NCBI GenBank assembly: GCA_965231015.1
Contig: OZ246408.1
Span: 396,488 to 460,487 of the forward strand
Direction of reading: 5' to 3'
DNA: 64,000 nt
Source: an uncultured Gammaproteobacteria bacterium
Lineage (GTDB): Bacteria > Patescibacteriota > Patescibacteriia > UBA9934 > CAZDDW01
The position numbers and the translations under genes were made by a program. Each line of letters begins with the position of its first letter. Within the stretch, counting starts at the first letter, position 1. This document shows positions 26,703 to 36,633 of this stretch, in pieces. A model generated the notes under the pieces. That model saw nothing but the letters and a program-made list of their open reading frames with translations. It was not told the origin of the DNA and did not search any database.

Positions 26703-27451
26703 TTGAATTGATTATCCCATCTTTTATTGCCGGGGTTTTGATGTTCCTGGCACCGTGCACCCTGCCGCTTGTGCCAGGGTATTTGGCCATCATCAGCGGG
26801 GTTTCGTCTGAAGATTTGGCGCATCATGAGCGAGGGCGTCGAGCCTATTCAAAAATGCTTGTTAACGGCTTATTTTTTGTTTTTGGCTTTACCATAGTTT
26901 TTGTGCTCCTTGGTGTTTTAGCCGGAGGGTTAGGGCAGGTGTTAGTTGAATATCGAACTTGGATTTCTAGAATTGGAGGACTCATTATTATTTTGTTTGG
27001 ATTTATGATGATGGACGTGGTAGGAATTCCAGGTTTAAAACGTGAGCGACGATTTCGCTTTCCGCTCGGATTCCGGCATGGTAAGCCCGGCAACTCGCTA
27101 CTCGTTGGACTCATCTTCGGTTTTGGCTGGTCGCCTTGTATTGGACCGATTCTCGGCACGATCTTATTTTTAGCCTCAACCGCCGGAACCGTTTGGCAGG
27201 GCGGATTTCTGCTCGGCGTTTTTTCACTTGGTCTTACAATACCGTTCCTGCTGATCGCACTTGTCGCCGGATCAGCCACGCGGTACATTAAACAATTAGG
27301 AAAGTATTTGCATGTGATTCAGGTGGTAGGTGGAATATTTCTTATCTTCCTCGGTTTTCTGCTCTTGATTGATCGAATGGATTGGCTGATTGGGTTTGGA
27401 TATCAATTGTTTGATTTTTTTAATTACGAAGCTTTAATTAATCATTTATAG
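26699..27451 (+). CDS. ccdA: cytochrome c-type biogenesis / thiol-disulfide transporter CcdA (DsbD family)
   Basis: 6 TM helices; Cys in TM1 (APCTLP) and TM4 (WSPCIGP). Confidence 0.7.
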   Translation: MIELIIPSFIAGVLMFLAPCTLPLVPGYLAIISGVSSEDLAHHERGRRAYSKMLVNGLFFVFGFTIVFVLLGVLAGGLGQVLVEYRTWISRIGGLIIILFGFMMMDVVGIPGLKRERRFRFPLGFRHGKPGNSLLVGLIFGFGWSPCIGPILGTILFLASTAGTVWQGGFLLGVFSLGLTIPFLLIALVAGSATRYIKQLGKYLHVIQVVGGIFLIFLGFLLLIDRMDWLIGFGYQLFDFFNYEALINHL

Positions 27452-27452
27452 T

Positions 27453-27989
27453 ATGACCAAAGTGTTAAGTTTTTGTGGGAGTCTGCGTCAAGCTTCGGTT
27501 AACCGCAAGCTGTTAAACATAGCCGCAAAACTCACTAAAGAAGCAGGGCATGAATATGAAGAGTTTGATTTGCGGAAGCACGAATTACCGTTTTATAATC
27601 AGGATATTGAGAACGCTGGTTTACCCGAGGTGGTACAAAACCTGAAACAAAAAATAAAGGATGCTGATGTAGTTTTGTTAGCCAGCCCAGAGTATAATCA
27701 TTCAGTCACTGGAATACTAAAAAATATGATTGACTGGGCCTCACGACCGTATGGAGATAATTCTTTGGACGGAAAGAAGATTGTGATTATTGGAGCCAGC
27801 CCAAGTCGACATGGTACAGCCCGCGGGCAAAAACATTTACGTGAAATTTTGGAGCCACTGAGCATCACATTGGTGGGAAAACCGGATGAAGTTTGTATTG
27901 ACAACGCTTATGAAGCATTTGATGACAAGAATCAACTGATCGACCAAGCGAATTTTAATAAGGTTAAAGATTTGATAGGCCAAATTTAG
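27453..27989 (+). CDS. NADPH-dependent FMN reductase family oxidoreductase
   Basis: flavodoxin-like fold motifs. Confidence 0.7.
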   Translation: MTKVLSFCGSLRQASVNRKLLNIAAKLTKEAGHEYEEFDLRKHELPFYNQDIENAGLPEVVQNLKQKIKDADVVLLASPEYNHSVTGILKNMIDWASRPYGDNSLDGKKIVIIGASPSRHGTARGQKHLREILEPLSITLVGKPDEVCIDNAYEAFDDKNQLIDQANFNKVKDLIGQI

Positions 27990-27990
27990 T

Positions 27991-28740
27991 ATGTCCAAGC
28001 CGTTAATTGGAATTAGTGCGGATATCATGACCGATAAATTTGATCGGCATTTTGTGTACGAACACTATTTGGATGCTGTGGAGCGTGCCGGGGGTGTGCC
28101 TGTGATTTTGCCACCGCTTCTTCGACCGGAGCGGGTATACCGGCAGTTGGAAAATTTGGATGGGTTTTTAGGGATTGGGTCTGATGATTTTGATCCGTCG
28201 CTTTTTGGGCAGGAACGACACCCACACACAAGATTGATACCCCGCCGGCGCCAAGCACATGATTTGGTCTTGTTGAATTTGGTGTGGGAAATGCGGATCC
28301 CGGCTTTAATGATTTGTGGCAGTATGCAGGGAATCAATGTTGTATTGGGTGGTGACATGAATCAGCATCTTGAGTCTGCAATTCCACATAAACACATGCA
28401 CGGGCTTGAGTTGGCCCATAACATCAAAATACAAAAAAACAGCCGCTTGGCTGATATTATTGGTTCAACTGATTTAGAAGTGAATTCATTGCATCATCAG
28501 GCCGTAGAAAATGTTCCGAATAGTTTGATTGTGGTGGCTAAAGCAGAAGATGGGGTGATTGAGGCTTTAGAGCCAGCCGATGAGACACGTCCCTTACTTG
28601 CTGTGCAATGGCACCCGGAACGTATAGGACACCATGATGAATCCAAGGCGATTTTCGAGTGGTTAATGGATCAGTCTTTGCGAATAAGATCACGCCCGTT
28701 GGAGGAGAAACAAGTGTTTCAAATATCACCATTTGTATAG
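27991..28740 (+). CDS. class I glutamine amidotransferase-like hydrolase (peptidase C26 / PuuD family)
   Basis: catalytic Cys (MICGSMQG) and His (WHPE). Confidence 0.7.
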   Translation: MSKPLIGISADIMTDKFDRHFVYEHYLDAVERAGGVPVILPPLLRPERVYRQLENLDGFLGIGSDDFDPSLFGQERHPHTRLIPRRRQAHDLVLLNLVWEMRIPALMICGSMQGINVVLGGDMNQHLESAIPHKHMHGLELAHNIKIQKNSRLADIIGSTDLEVNSLHHQAVENVPNSLIVVAKAEDGVIEALEPADETRPLLAVQWHPERIGHHDESKAIFEWLMDQSLRIRSRPLEEKQVFQISPFV

Positions 28741-28750
28741 AAAAAGTGAA

Positions 28751-28784
28751 CGACCCGTCGGGAATAACCGGCGGGTCGTTTTAG
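28751..28784. terminator. bidirectional intrinsic terminator
   Basis: CGACCCG..CGGGTCG + TTTT. Confidence 0.5.
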
Positions 28785-28804
28785 ATTGGAGGGGTCGCCA
28801 CGTG

Positions 28805-29470
28805 TTAGGCGGCGGTGTGGCGGCGCATCAGCTCGGTCAGCTGATGCGCCTCGATGGGTGCCACGCTGATCGGGCTCGAGAGCCGTGTGGCCTCGATCCC
28901 GTGGTCGCTGACCGTGACATCGAACTTCTGTTCGAGGTACAGCGTGTCCTCTGTTAGGCGTAGCACGGTCAGCCCTGGAACCGGGGCTGACAGATCAGCG
29001 CCGTCGAGCTGGATGGTGACCACTCCGTTTGGATTGGACCATCCGTAGGCGGCGTTAAAGGTGAGCGGATGCTTGTCCTCCAGCTCACCGAACAGGGTGG
29101 AAACCCCCTCGAACTCAGGGTCGTAGAGGTCGACCGGGTCACCCTCGGTGCGGAACACGAGCGTGATCGCGCCCTTGTTCTCAATGGTGATCCCATGGTT
29201 GTCCTCGCGCAGGGCACCGTAGGCGTGCACGAGGTTGAATCCGATCTTCTCGAGGTCTTCCTCAAGATCCGGGACGGCCACCTGCACCTGCGGAAGGTGC
29301 ATGATGGTTCGCCCGTCCGCGTCCTTGGGCTTGCGGATGCGGCGTTCGCCGCAGTGCGTCCGCACCCAGTTGAGTGCGGACGGGTGGGTTTCCTTTTCGA
29401 CCCAGACCTGCACCATGATGGCGCTAGCCTCGGTCATCTCACACGGATCTATGAACCGATGCGTCTGCAT
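28805..29470 (-). CDS. hypothetical protein in a GC-rich island
   Basis: 221-aa ORF; SD AGGAAGG. Confidence 0.5.
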   Translation of the reverse strand: MQTHRFIDPCEMTEASAIMVQVWVEKETHPSALNWVRTHCGERRIRKPKDADGRTIMHLPQVQVAVPDLEEDLEKIGFNLVHAYGALREDNHGITIENKGAITLVFRTEGDPVDLYDPEFEGVSTLFGELEDKHPLTFNAAYGWSNPNGVVTIQLDGADLSAPVPGLTVLRLTEDTLYLEQKFDVTVSDHGIEATRLSSPISVAPIEAHQLTELMRRHTAA

Positions 29471-29492
29471 TCGTTTTCCTTCCTGCGCGAAC

Positions 29493-29876
29493 TTAGGTGC
29501 GCTTGTGGTTTTCTTCGGGCATGATGATCCGAATCCCGTCGAACCAGAAGGTCACAGTGGCGTTGATGGGCTGGTGTGCCCACTCATCGCACAGCTGTCC
29601 TTCCGGTTTTTTGTCGTCCGGAACCCGAGCGATGGCGTAGATCTCGGTGATCCTGGCCACCACCTCGGTGCTGGCGGGCGGCACGTTCTCGGGCAGGGAA
29701 ACGAGCAGGTTCTCCTCGAGCCGGGCAAACGGCTGAAGGTATTTGGGTACCCGCCGCAAGAGCGCGATGGCGATCCTACCGTCCATGAGGCCGTGCAAGT
29801 ACGCACTGGCCTGGGGCGAGAAGCGGATTCCGCCCGGACCCGAGACAGTGACTCTTTTACTCACACGGTTCTTCAT
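29493..29876 (-). CDS. hypothetical protein in a GC-rich island
   Basis: 127-aa ORF; SD AGGGGG. Confidence 0.45.
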   Translation of the reverse strand: MKNRVSKRVTVSGPGGIRFSPQASAYLHGLMDGRIAIALLRRVPKYLQPFARLEENLLVSLPENVPPASTEVVARITEIYAIARVPDDKKPEGQLCDEWAHQPINATVTFWFDGIRIIMPEENHKRT

Positions 29877-30036
29877 GTTTACCCCCTGGTCAATGGAGAC
29901 AGGATTGAATCCAAGAGGCGTAGCTTAGCGAAAAAAACGACTTTTGTCAAGTCGTCTTTGTTCTTTTTAGGCTGAACTTAGCCAAAAAACAATAACGAGA
30001 GCATATTGTATGCTCTCGAAAAAGAGTAGAGTTGAC

Positions 30037-30396
30037 CTAAGGAAGGCCGTATCGGCCGTTGCCCAGGTGTTTGAGTTCGATCGGGCCAGCCTCATCGGAG
30101 GGGTCCGAATAAAACTCGGGATTGTGGGTTGGTTGATCGGGGTCGTCGGCTCGAGCCGCAAATGACCAGTAGGGAATCATGATCCTCTGGTTTGGTCCCG
30201 GATGATCCTGGATCACGAAACTGACGGCCAGTTGGATGATTTCCGGATCACGGTCAAAACTACGCCGGAAGTTACGGATGACCTTCTTGACCGCCCGCTC
30301 GGCTTCCGGACAATCGAGAAGCCCGGTCAGCCGCGTGGTCACGCCGTTCGTGATGCTGTTCGCTCCGCGGGCCAGAACAGTTTTCTCGATCTTCAT
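30037..30396 (-). CDS. hypothetical protein in a GC-rich island
   Basis: start at MKIEKT after AAAGGGG. Confidence 0.45.
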   Translation of the reverse strand: MKIEKTVLARGANSITNGVTTRLTGLLDCPEAERAVKKVIRNFRRSFDRDPEIIQLAVSFVIQDHPGPNQRIMIPYWSFAARADDPDQPTHNPEFYSDPSDEAGPIELKHLGNGRYGLP

Positions 30397-30473
30397 CAGA
30401 AATACCCCTTTCAATCACCTTTTTACATGATAACATATCATCTACAAAGGAAATCGCCTGAGTACTCACGCAC

Positions 30474-30845
30474 TCAGGCAGGGTTGTCGCAAATGGATTC
30501 GCGACCCTCGAAGGATTCCTCGAAGGCCGGATTCAGGCGAGTTACGCTCATGGGGAGGCGGGTGTTGTGCGCTTGGTTGGCTTCGGGCCATTGGTAGTTG
30601 ATCCGGTTGGCCTGGGCTTCATTGATTCGATCGTTCGCTTGGTAGTAAACGAACGATCCAGCACCGAAGGCCATCACGGCCAAGATCAGGAACCATGAGC
30701 TCCCGAACGTGCCAACGGCGAACAGAACTACCCCGATCAGGATCATGATCGCCCCGAGGCACCACTGGCCATAGGCCGTGATTACCCGCGAGAACCACAT
30801 GTTCGCCTTGTTGATTCTGGGCTGGTAAATCTTCTCCATCTGCAT
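30474..30845 (-). CDS. hypothetical 2-TM membrane protein in a GC-rich island
   Basis: SD AGGAGG immediately upstream. Confidence 0.5.
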   Translation of the reverse strand: MQMEKIYQPRINKANMWFSRVITAYGQWCLGAIMILIGVVLFAVGTFGSSWFLILAVMAFGAGSFVYYQANDRINEAQANRINYQWPEANQAHNTRLPMSVTRLNPAFEESFEGRESICDNPA

Positions 30846-30966
30846 CCTCCTGGTTCAGCAAGTAAAGGTTCTACTTCCGCTATCCTCCGCTACGGATCTC
30901 TTTCTTATCACAAAATCAGCAAAATGTCAACTGTTTGATAATAGTTGAACAAAATTGGGTTAGGAA

Positions 30967-31004
30967 TAGGGGGGTACGGTGTTTGTTCGTAGGTACGAAA
31001 AAGT
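30967..31004 (+). repeat. 38-bp direct repeat, copy 1 (TAGGGGGGTACGGTGTTTGTTCGTAGGTACGAAAAAGT)
   Basis: Identical to 31543-31580; contains an internal GGTACG...GGTACG direct repeat and TACG-N9-CGTA. Confidence 0.8.
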
Positions 31005-31020
31005 GGTATATTGATAAAGT

Positions 31021-31545
31021 ATGAAAAAAGAATCTAAACAAATTAATAACTATACTCAAAATGTCTTTGTGACATTGGTGGACATGTGGGACGTGTTGAG
31101 TACCTCGAGACAATACAGAAGCCTAGAGGATCGAAATATTGCTCATGATTATGCAAGACACAAAGATTATTTTGATAAACAAAAAAGGAATCGGGCGATT
31201 GCAAATTTAAAAAAGAAAAAGTGGATCGAATCTCGCAAAAAAGGAGAATCGATCGAATACAAGTTGACAGAGGAGGGGTTGAAAGCTGCAATAAAACTCG
31301 ATGCCTACTACACAACCAAGCTTTTAAAAGATGGTAAAAAATGTTTTGTATTTTTTGATTTTCCTGTGGCTGCAAATAAAGCTCGTGATGAGTTTCGGTA
31401 CACATTAAAACAATGTGGCTTTAAATTGTGTCAGCAGAGTATCTGGGTTTCGAATAAAAACATAGGTCCACAAATCGCATACTTAGCAAAAGCACTTGAT
31501 GCCTCCGAATGGGTTCGTGTTGTAGTAGGGAAAGAAATTGATTAG
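31021..31545 (+). CDS. winged-helix DNA-binding protein with uncharacterized C-terminal domain (weak Cas2/VapD-like pattern)
   Basis: KKWIESRKKGESIEYKLTEEGL resembles a PadR/MarR-type wing; the C-terminal VFFDFP...FRYTLKQCGFKLCQQSIWV pattern is a low-confidence call. Confidence 0.5.
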   Translation: MKKESKQINNYTQNVFVTLVDMWDVLSTSRQYRSLEDRNIAHDYARHKDYFDKQKRNRAIANLKKKKWIESRKKGESIEYKLTEEGLKAAIKLDAYYTTKLLKDGKKCFVFFDFPVAANKARDEFRYTLKQCGFKLCQQSIWVSNKNIGPQIAYLAKALDASEWVRVVVGKEID

Positions 31546-31580
31546 GGGGGTACGGTGTTTGTTCGTAGGTACGAAAAAGT
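31543..31580 (+). repeat. 38-bp direct repeat, copy 2 (overlaps the stop codon of 31021-31545, sits upstream of rarA)
   Basis: perfect match to copy 1. Confidence 0.8.
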
Positions 31581-31637
31581 TGTCATCTGATCTTGCGTTG
31601 ACTAGGTTCAGTACATTCTGTACCTTGTACCTACACT

Positions 31638-32915
31638 ATGAACGATCTCTTTTCCTCCCAAAATGAACAAAACCAGAAAAAGAACGCACCGCTCGCTGAA
31701 CGGATGCGGCCGTTTGATTTGGACGGGTTTGTGGGTCAGGTGCAGCTCGTGGGATCTAATGCCATGCTGCGAAAGCTACTCGAGGCTGACCGGGTACCGA
31801 GCATGGTTTTTTGGGGGCCTCCAGGAACCGGAAAAACCACGTTAGCCAGAATCGTGGCTCGTTTAACCAAATCAAACTTTGTCCAACTCTCAGCTGTGGC
31901 TTCAGGTCTCAAAGAAGTTCGTGAAGTCATCAAAGAGGCAGAGGAACAACAAAAGTTTTTCAACAAACGAACCATTCTTTTTATTGATGAGATTCACAGG
32001 TTTAACAAATTACAACAGGACGCGTTTTTACCGCACGTAGAATCAGGAACCATCACTTTGATCGGAGCAACCACGGAAAATCCAAGCTTTGAGGTTAATT
32101 CAGCTTTGCTTTCTCGCTGTCGAGTCATGCTTCTTGAAAAGCTTTCAACCTCAGATATTCTCGAACTTATAAAACGGGCTTTAAAAGACGAACAAACAGG
32201 ACTGGGACGGTTCAAAATCAAGGCGGATGACGCTACGCTGGAAGTGCTGGCCGCTATGGCTGACGGGGATGCTCGAGTGGCTTTGAATGCTCTTGAGTAC
32301 GCTGTGGATTCTTCGCTCTCGGAATCTAACACTGATATGGTAGAATTGTCCCGAGAGAAGATTAAAGAGGCTTTTTTAAAGTCACACCTTTTATATGACC
32401 GCGCCGGTGAGGAGCACTATAATATAATAAGCGCGCTCCATAAATCCATGCGCGGCTCTGACATTGATGCATCGCTTTACTGGCTTGGCCGAATGCTCGA
32501 GGCCGGGGAAGACCCGCTTTACGTGGCTCGGCGGTTGATCCGATTTGCGTCAGAAGATATTGGTTTGGCTGACCCAGAAGCCTTGAACCAGGCAACAGCC
32601 GCTTACACCGCAGCACATTACCTTGGTATGCCTGAGTGTAACGTGGTGCTCGCTCAAGCAGTGGCGTACTCAGCAAAATCCCCAAAATCCAATGCTTTGT
32701 ACCGGGCGTACAACAAAGTGCAGGTCACCATATCTCAGCGTCCGGCCGACCCGGTGCCACTTCATCTACGCAATGCACCAACCAAGCTTATGAAAGACAT
32801 TGGTTGCAGTAAGGGGTACAAATATAATCCAAATTACGAAGGTCCGGTGGAGCAAGATTATTTGCCAGAAGGACTTAAAAATAAAAAGTTTTATGAATCT
32901 GAAGGAAATAAATAA
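31638..32915 (+). CDS. rarA: replication-associated recombination protein A (AAA+ ATPase)
   Basis: GPPGTGKTT Walker A; full-length MgsA/RarA architecture. Confidence 0.85.
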   Translation: MNDLFSSQNEQNQKKNAPLAERMRPFDLDGFVGQVQLVGSNAMLRKLLEADRVPSMVFWGPPGTGKTTLARIVARLTKSNFVQLSAVASGLKEVREVIKEAEEQQKFFNKRTILFIDEIHRFNKLQQDAFLPHVESGTITLIGATTENPSFEVNSALLSRCRVMLLEKLSTSDILELIKRALKDEQTGLGRFKIKADDATLEVLAAMADGDARVALNALEYAVDSSLSESNTDMVELSREKIKEAFLKSHLLYDRAGEEHYNIISALHKSMRGSDIDASLYWLGRMLEAGEDPLYVARRLIRFASEDIGLADPEALNQATAAYTAAHYLGMPECNVVLAQAVAYSAKSPKSNALYRAYNKVQVTISQRPADPVPLHLRNAPTKLMKDIGCSKGYKYNPNYEGPVEQDYLPEGLKNKKFYESEGNK

Positions 32916-33360
32916 TTATGGTGAACCAGGCCATGAACTACTGGTGCAAAATAGCCCGTTTGAAATTTCCGGGCGTTTAACCATAACTTTAGAGGGAGGA
33001 GAATATAATTATTGGTTGTTGGCACATGATGGACGCATGATGTCACTTAATCCTGATGCTGACGAAGTAATAATTTTTTCTCCGGTTTCCGATGATTTAA
33101 ACGGGGACGAAGAAACACCAACCGGAGATGAAGAAACGGTGGTCATACAGGGAAAAGAATACGAGTTTACTTATGAGGATGGAGGAACTATTTCAGATCT
33201 TGAAGGAGAAACAGTTTTAGACTTAGAAGATGAGATTAGCTTTCGGGATTTTGAGGCTGAAGACGGTGAAAAAGTACGTTCAGCTGTCATAATGCCTAGC
33301 GGTGACGTGTATAACTATGTTGGCCAGGTGGCCCTTGAAGAGGATATAATGAAGGGATAG
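32894..33360 (+). CDS. hypothetical acidic protein
   Basis: Internal ATG of ORF 32800-33360 that overlaps the end of rarA; start uncertain. Confidence 0.4.
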
Positions 33361-33390
33361 GGTAAATTTTAACAATTATCAATTTTCAGT

Positions 33391-34629
33391 ATGAAGAAGA
33401 TAATTTCGATAATAGTTGCGGTAGCGCTCGTTATTGGTGGCGGAGCTGCGGCAGCATATTATGTTTATCAAAATTATTTTAATCCGCAGGCTGAACTCGT
33501 GCGCATGATGGAGGCAATGCAAAATGTACAAAGTGTGCGGTTTGATGGGGCCGCTCAAGCAACAGATGTCGTGGTTGAAAAGACAGATGACCTGTACGCG
33601 GAACAGTACGGCATGTTTTTAGGAGATGGTGAACAAGACGTAACCCTGGAAGCTGAAGGAGTTTTGGTGGCTAGTGGTGAAGAGGAATTTGATCTTGATG
33701 TCGAGTTCAGTATTAGTTCAGAGGCCGACGAAGGAACTCTGTCCGCTGAAATTCGTAAGATAAACAAAACTGTGTATCTAAAGGTGGGGGAAATCGGAGA
33801 ACTGGAAGAACTGCTTGGTTCTGAAGTGGGCGGCCAGTGGATTATATTTGATGAGGATCAGTTTAGCGGTTTAACCGAACAGGTGGCCGAAACTGAATCC
33901 GATGAGCTAACCCCGGAGCAAGAAGCAGAACTTGAGGAGTTACTCATGTCAACCAAATTGGTCACCGTGGTTGGTGCAACCCTGACCGAGATAGTAAATA
34001 GCCATTCCACACGAGTTTTTGAAGTGGTGCCGAATCCGGACGGAATTAGGGTATATTCCTTGGAGTCAATTCGTATCATCGAAGAGCGTGAACCAACTTC
34101 GGATGAACGAGAAGAAATTGAAGAAATGATTGATGCTATTGAGGACTTAACCGGCAAACTGTGGATTGAAAACAGAACCCATCTTTTGCATCGGGCTAGT
34201 GTGAACGGTGAAGTAGAGACTCCGGATGGAAGCAGTTTTAATTTAACCGCCACGGTTGAGTTGACTGACCATAATGCAAATATCGAGATTACCAAACCAG
34301 AAGATGCTTTATCTTTTGCGGAAATTATCGGGGCGGCTTTTGGAGATATGTTTGGCGGATTACCTTCAGCCAGCGAGGGTTTTTCCGGTACTACAGTTGA
34401 TCCTTCTGCCGAGGCTGAAGATTTGTATGATTATGATGATTTTGAAGACTATACCACTGATACGGATGGAGATGGTCTACCGGACATAACAGAAAGTTTT
34501 TATGGCTCAGATATAAATAATCCGGACACTGATGGAGATGGGATAAATGATGGTGATGAAGTGGCCAACGGAGATAATCCTGCCGGGGACGGCGGACTGT
34601 TTAACTTCGGCTTACCACCGGAACTATAA
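33391..34629 (+). CDS. membrane-anchored acidic protein with C-terminal thrombospondin-type-3-like Ca-binding repeats
   Basis: N-terminal TM; DTDGDGLPD / DTDGDGINDGDE repeats. Confidence 0.5.
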   Translation: MKKIISIIVAVALVIGGGAAAAYYVYQNYFNPQAELVRMMEAMQNVQSVRFDGAAQATDVVVEKTDDLYAEQYGMFLGDGEQDVTLEAEGVLVASGEEEFDLDVEFSISSEADEGTLSAEIRKINKTVYLKVGEIGELEELLGSEVGGQWIIFDEDQFSGLTEQVAETESDELTPEQEAELEELLMSTKLVTVVGATLTEIVNSHSTRVFEVVPNPDGIRVYSLESIRIIEEREPTSDEREEIEEMIDAIEDLTGKLWIENRTHLLHRASVNGEVETPDGSSFNLTATVELTDHNANIEITKPEDALSFAEIIGAAFGDMFGGLPSASEGFSGTTVDPSAEAEDLYDYDDFEDYTTDTDGDGLPDITESFYGSDINNPDTDGDGINDGDEVANGDNPAGDGGLFNFGLPPEL

Positions 34630-34638
34630 AAATAATTC

Positions 34639-36531
34639 ATGCCAAAACCAAAACGTGATTGGAAAAAAATAGCTGGAGCTGACTCGGAAGCACGCGAACC
34701 AACCAGGATCCGTGTCTTTCGTGTTTTTATGGTTGTAATTGTAGTCGTAATTGTGTTGCGATTATTCACTCTTCAGGTTCTCCAACACGGGTTTTATGAG
34801 GCTTTAGCATCAGGTCAACATGAGATTTTTCAAGAATTGTTCCCAAAACGCGGCAGTATCATTGTTCAGGATTATCAATTGGATGAGACGGAATATAACG
34901 TGGCTTCAAATCATTTGACCGGTTTTGTGTATGCTGACCCAAGACGAATTGAGAAACCGGAAGAAACAGCTAAGCAGCTGGCTTGGATTTTGGGAATTGA
35001 AGTTCGGACGTGTGGGGAAGAGGAAGAAGGTCTAGAAGGTGGAGAAGGCCAAGAAGGTTCTGGCGATGTAGGGGTCAATGGCATTGACCCTCTCGATGAT
35101 GAAGAGAAAGAATGTCCAAGTGAGTACGACATAATTTTGGAGCGGCTAAGCAAGTCTGATGATCCGTATGAGCCGATCATGCGAGGCGTAGAGGACGACA
35201 AATTGAGTATGATTGATGAGTCGGGCATGGAAGGTATTTATTATGTTCGAGAAGAATCGCGTCATTACCCAGAAGATGGACTTGGTGGGCACGTGTTTGG
35301 TTTTGTGGGGGCAGATGAAGAAGGATTTATGTCCGGCCGTTATGGGATCGAGGGACATTTTAATGAAGAACTAAGCGGAACTACCGGGTTTTTACGCAGT
35401 GAGCGAGATATCGCCGGGCGTTTGATTGCAGTGGGAGACAGGTCGTATGAGCCCGCGGTTGATGGAGCCGATGTGGTATTAACGATTGATCGAACCATTC
35501 AGTATATGGCCTGTAGTAAATTAGTTGAGACCGTCCAAAAGCATGGAGCTGATGGGGGATCAGTGATTATTATGAATCCGGCAGACGGGACAATTATGGC
35601 TATGTGTGCTTATCCGGATTATGACCCGGCCGCCTACAACGAAGTGGAAAGCATTAATGTCTTTAATAACCCAGCTATTTTTGAAGCATATGAACCCGGT
35701 TCAATTTTCAAGGCCATTACCATGGCTGCGGCACTTGATTCCGGGGCAGTTACACCGGCCACTACATATAAAGACACCGGCGAAGTCAAAATTGATGTTT
35801 ACACTATTAAAAATTCAGACGAACAGGCTCATGGAGTGCAGACAATGACCGAGGTTTTAGAAAAGTCATTAAACACGGGGGTAATTTTTGCCATGCGAGA
35901 AACCGGGCGGGATATGTTTCAGGAATATGTTAATGAGTTTGGATTCGGGGATTACACCGGAGTTGAACTTGATTCCGAAGCGCCCGGCGATGTTTCAACG
36001 CTTGATGAACCAAGTGAGGTTTATCCAGCCACGGCGTCGTTCGGGCAAGGTATCACCGCCACCCCACTCCAAATGGTCACAGCGTTTGCGGCGATTGCCA
36101 ATGGCGGCACCTTATACGAGCCACACATTGTCGATGCGATTCGCTACGAAGACGGTACCATTGAAGAAACCCAACCCGTTCAAGTTAGGCGGGTGATTTC
36201 TGAAAAGTCAGCCCAATTGTTGTCAGCTATGCTTGTTTCCGTAGTTGAACACGGGCACGGCACCCCGGCCGCGGTAGATGGTTATTATGTGGCCGGAAAA
36301 ACAGGAACCGCACAGGTGGCCAAAACGGACGGCCCGGGTTATGCTGAGGATGAAACTATTGGTTCGTTTGCCGGATTTGCCCCGGCTAATGATCCGCAAT
36401 TTGCCATGATTGTGCGGATTAATCGGCCGCGCACCACACAATGGGCCGCCGGTACTGCCGGACCACTTTTTGGTGAATTAGCTCAATTCTTGCTACAGTA
36501 TTTAGAGATCCCGCCAGAACGGGCACAATGA
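34639..36531 (+). CDS. penicillin-binding protein (class B transpeptidase, FtsI/PBP2-like) with acidic insertion
   Basis: SIFK (SxxK), SxN, KTGTA motifs; N-terminal TM anchor. Confidence 0.8.
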   Translation: MPKPKRDWKKIAGADSEAREPTRIRVFRVFMVVIVVVIVLRLFTLQVLQHGFYEALASGQHEIFQELFPKRGSIIVQDYQLDETEYNVASNHLTGFVYADPRRIEKPEETAKQLAWILGIEVRTCGEEEEGLEGGEGQEGSGDVGVNGIDPLDDEEKECPSEYDIILERLSKSDDPYEPIMRGVEDDKLSMIDESGMEGIYYVREESRHYPEDGLGGHVFGFVGADEEGFMSGRYGIEGHFNEELSGTTGFLRSERDIAGRLIAVGDRSYEPAVDGADVVLTIDRTIQYMACSKLVETVQKHGADGGSVIIMNPADGTIMAMCAYPDYDPAAYNEVESINVFNNPAIFEAYEPGSIFKAITMAAALDSGAVTPATTYKDTGEVKIDVYTIKNSDEQAHGVQTMTEVLEKSLNTGVIFAMRETGRDMFQEYVNEFGFGDYTGVELDSEAPGDVSTLDEPSEVYPATASFGQGITATPLQMVTAFAAIANGGTLYEPHIVDAIRYEDGTIEETQPVQVRRVISEKSAQLLSAMLVSVVEHGHGTPAAVDGYYVAGKTGTAQVAKTDGPGYAEDETIGSFAGFAPANDPQFAMIVRINRPRTTQWAAGTAGPLFGELAQFLLQYLEIPPERAQ

Positions 36532-36633
36532 GTCATAAATCATAATTTCTGTATTTAATGATTTCAAGATTTCAGTATTTATCGAAAAATTCTGAAACTC
36601 ATAAATATTGAAACAATGAAATGATCACTTCTT

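Noticed and set aside
28854-29975. Antisense ORFs inside the GC-rich island (for example 29235-29975 at 246 aa, 29069-29524, 28969-29265)
   Set aside because: High-GC DNA yields long spurious ORFs on both strands. The minus-strand set has SD sequences and tiles the region without overlap, so that set is called. Antisense ORFs in other islands (16270-16988, 20811-21208) are treated the same way.
30967-31580. CRISPR array?
   Set aside because: Only two copies of the 38-bp repeat, separated by 538 bp that encode a protein. There is no spacer periodicity and no cas genes nearby.
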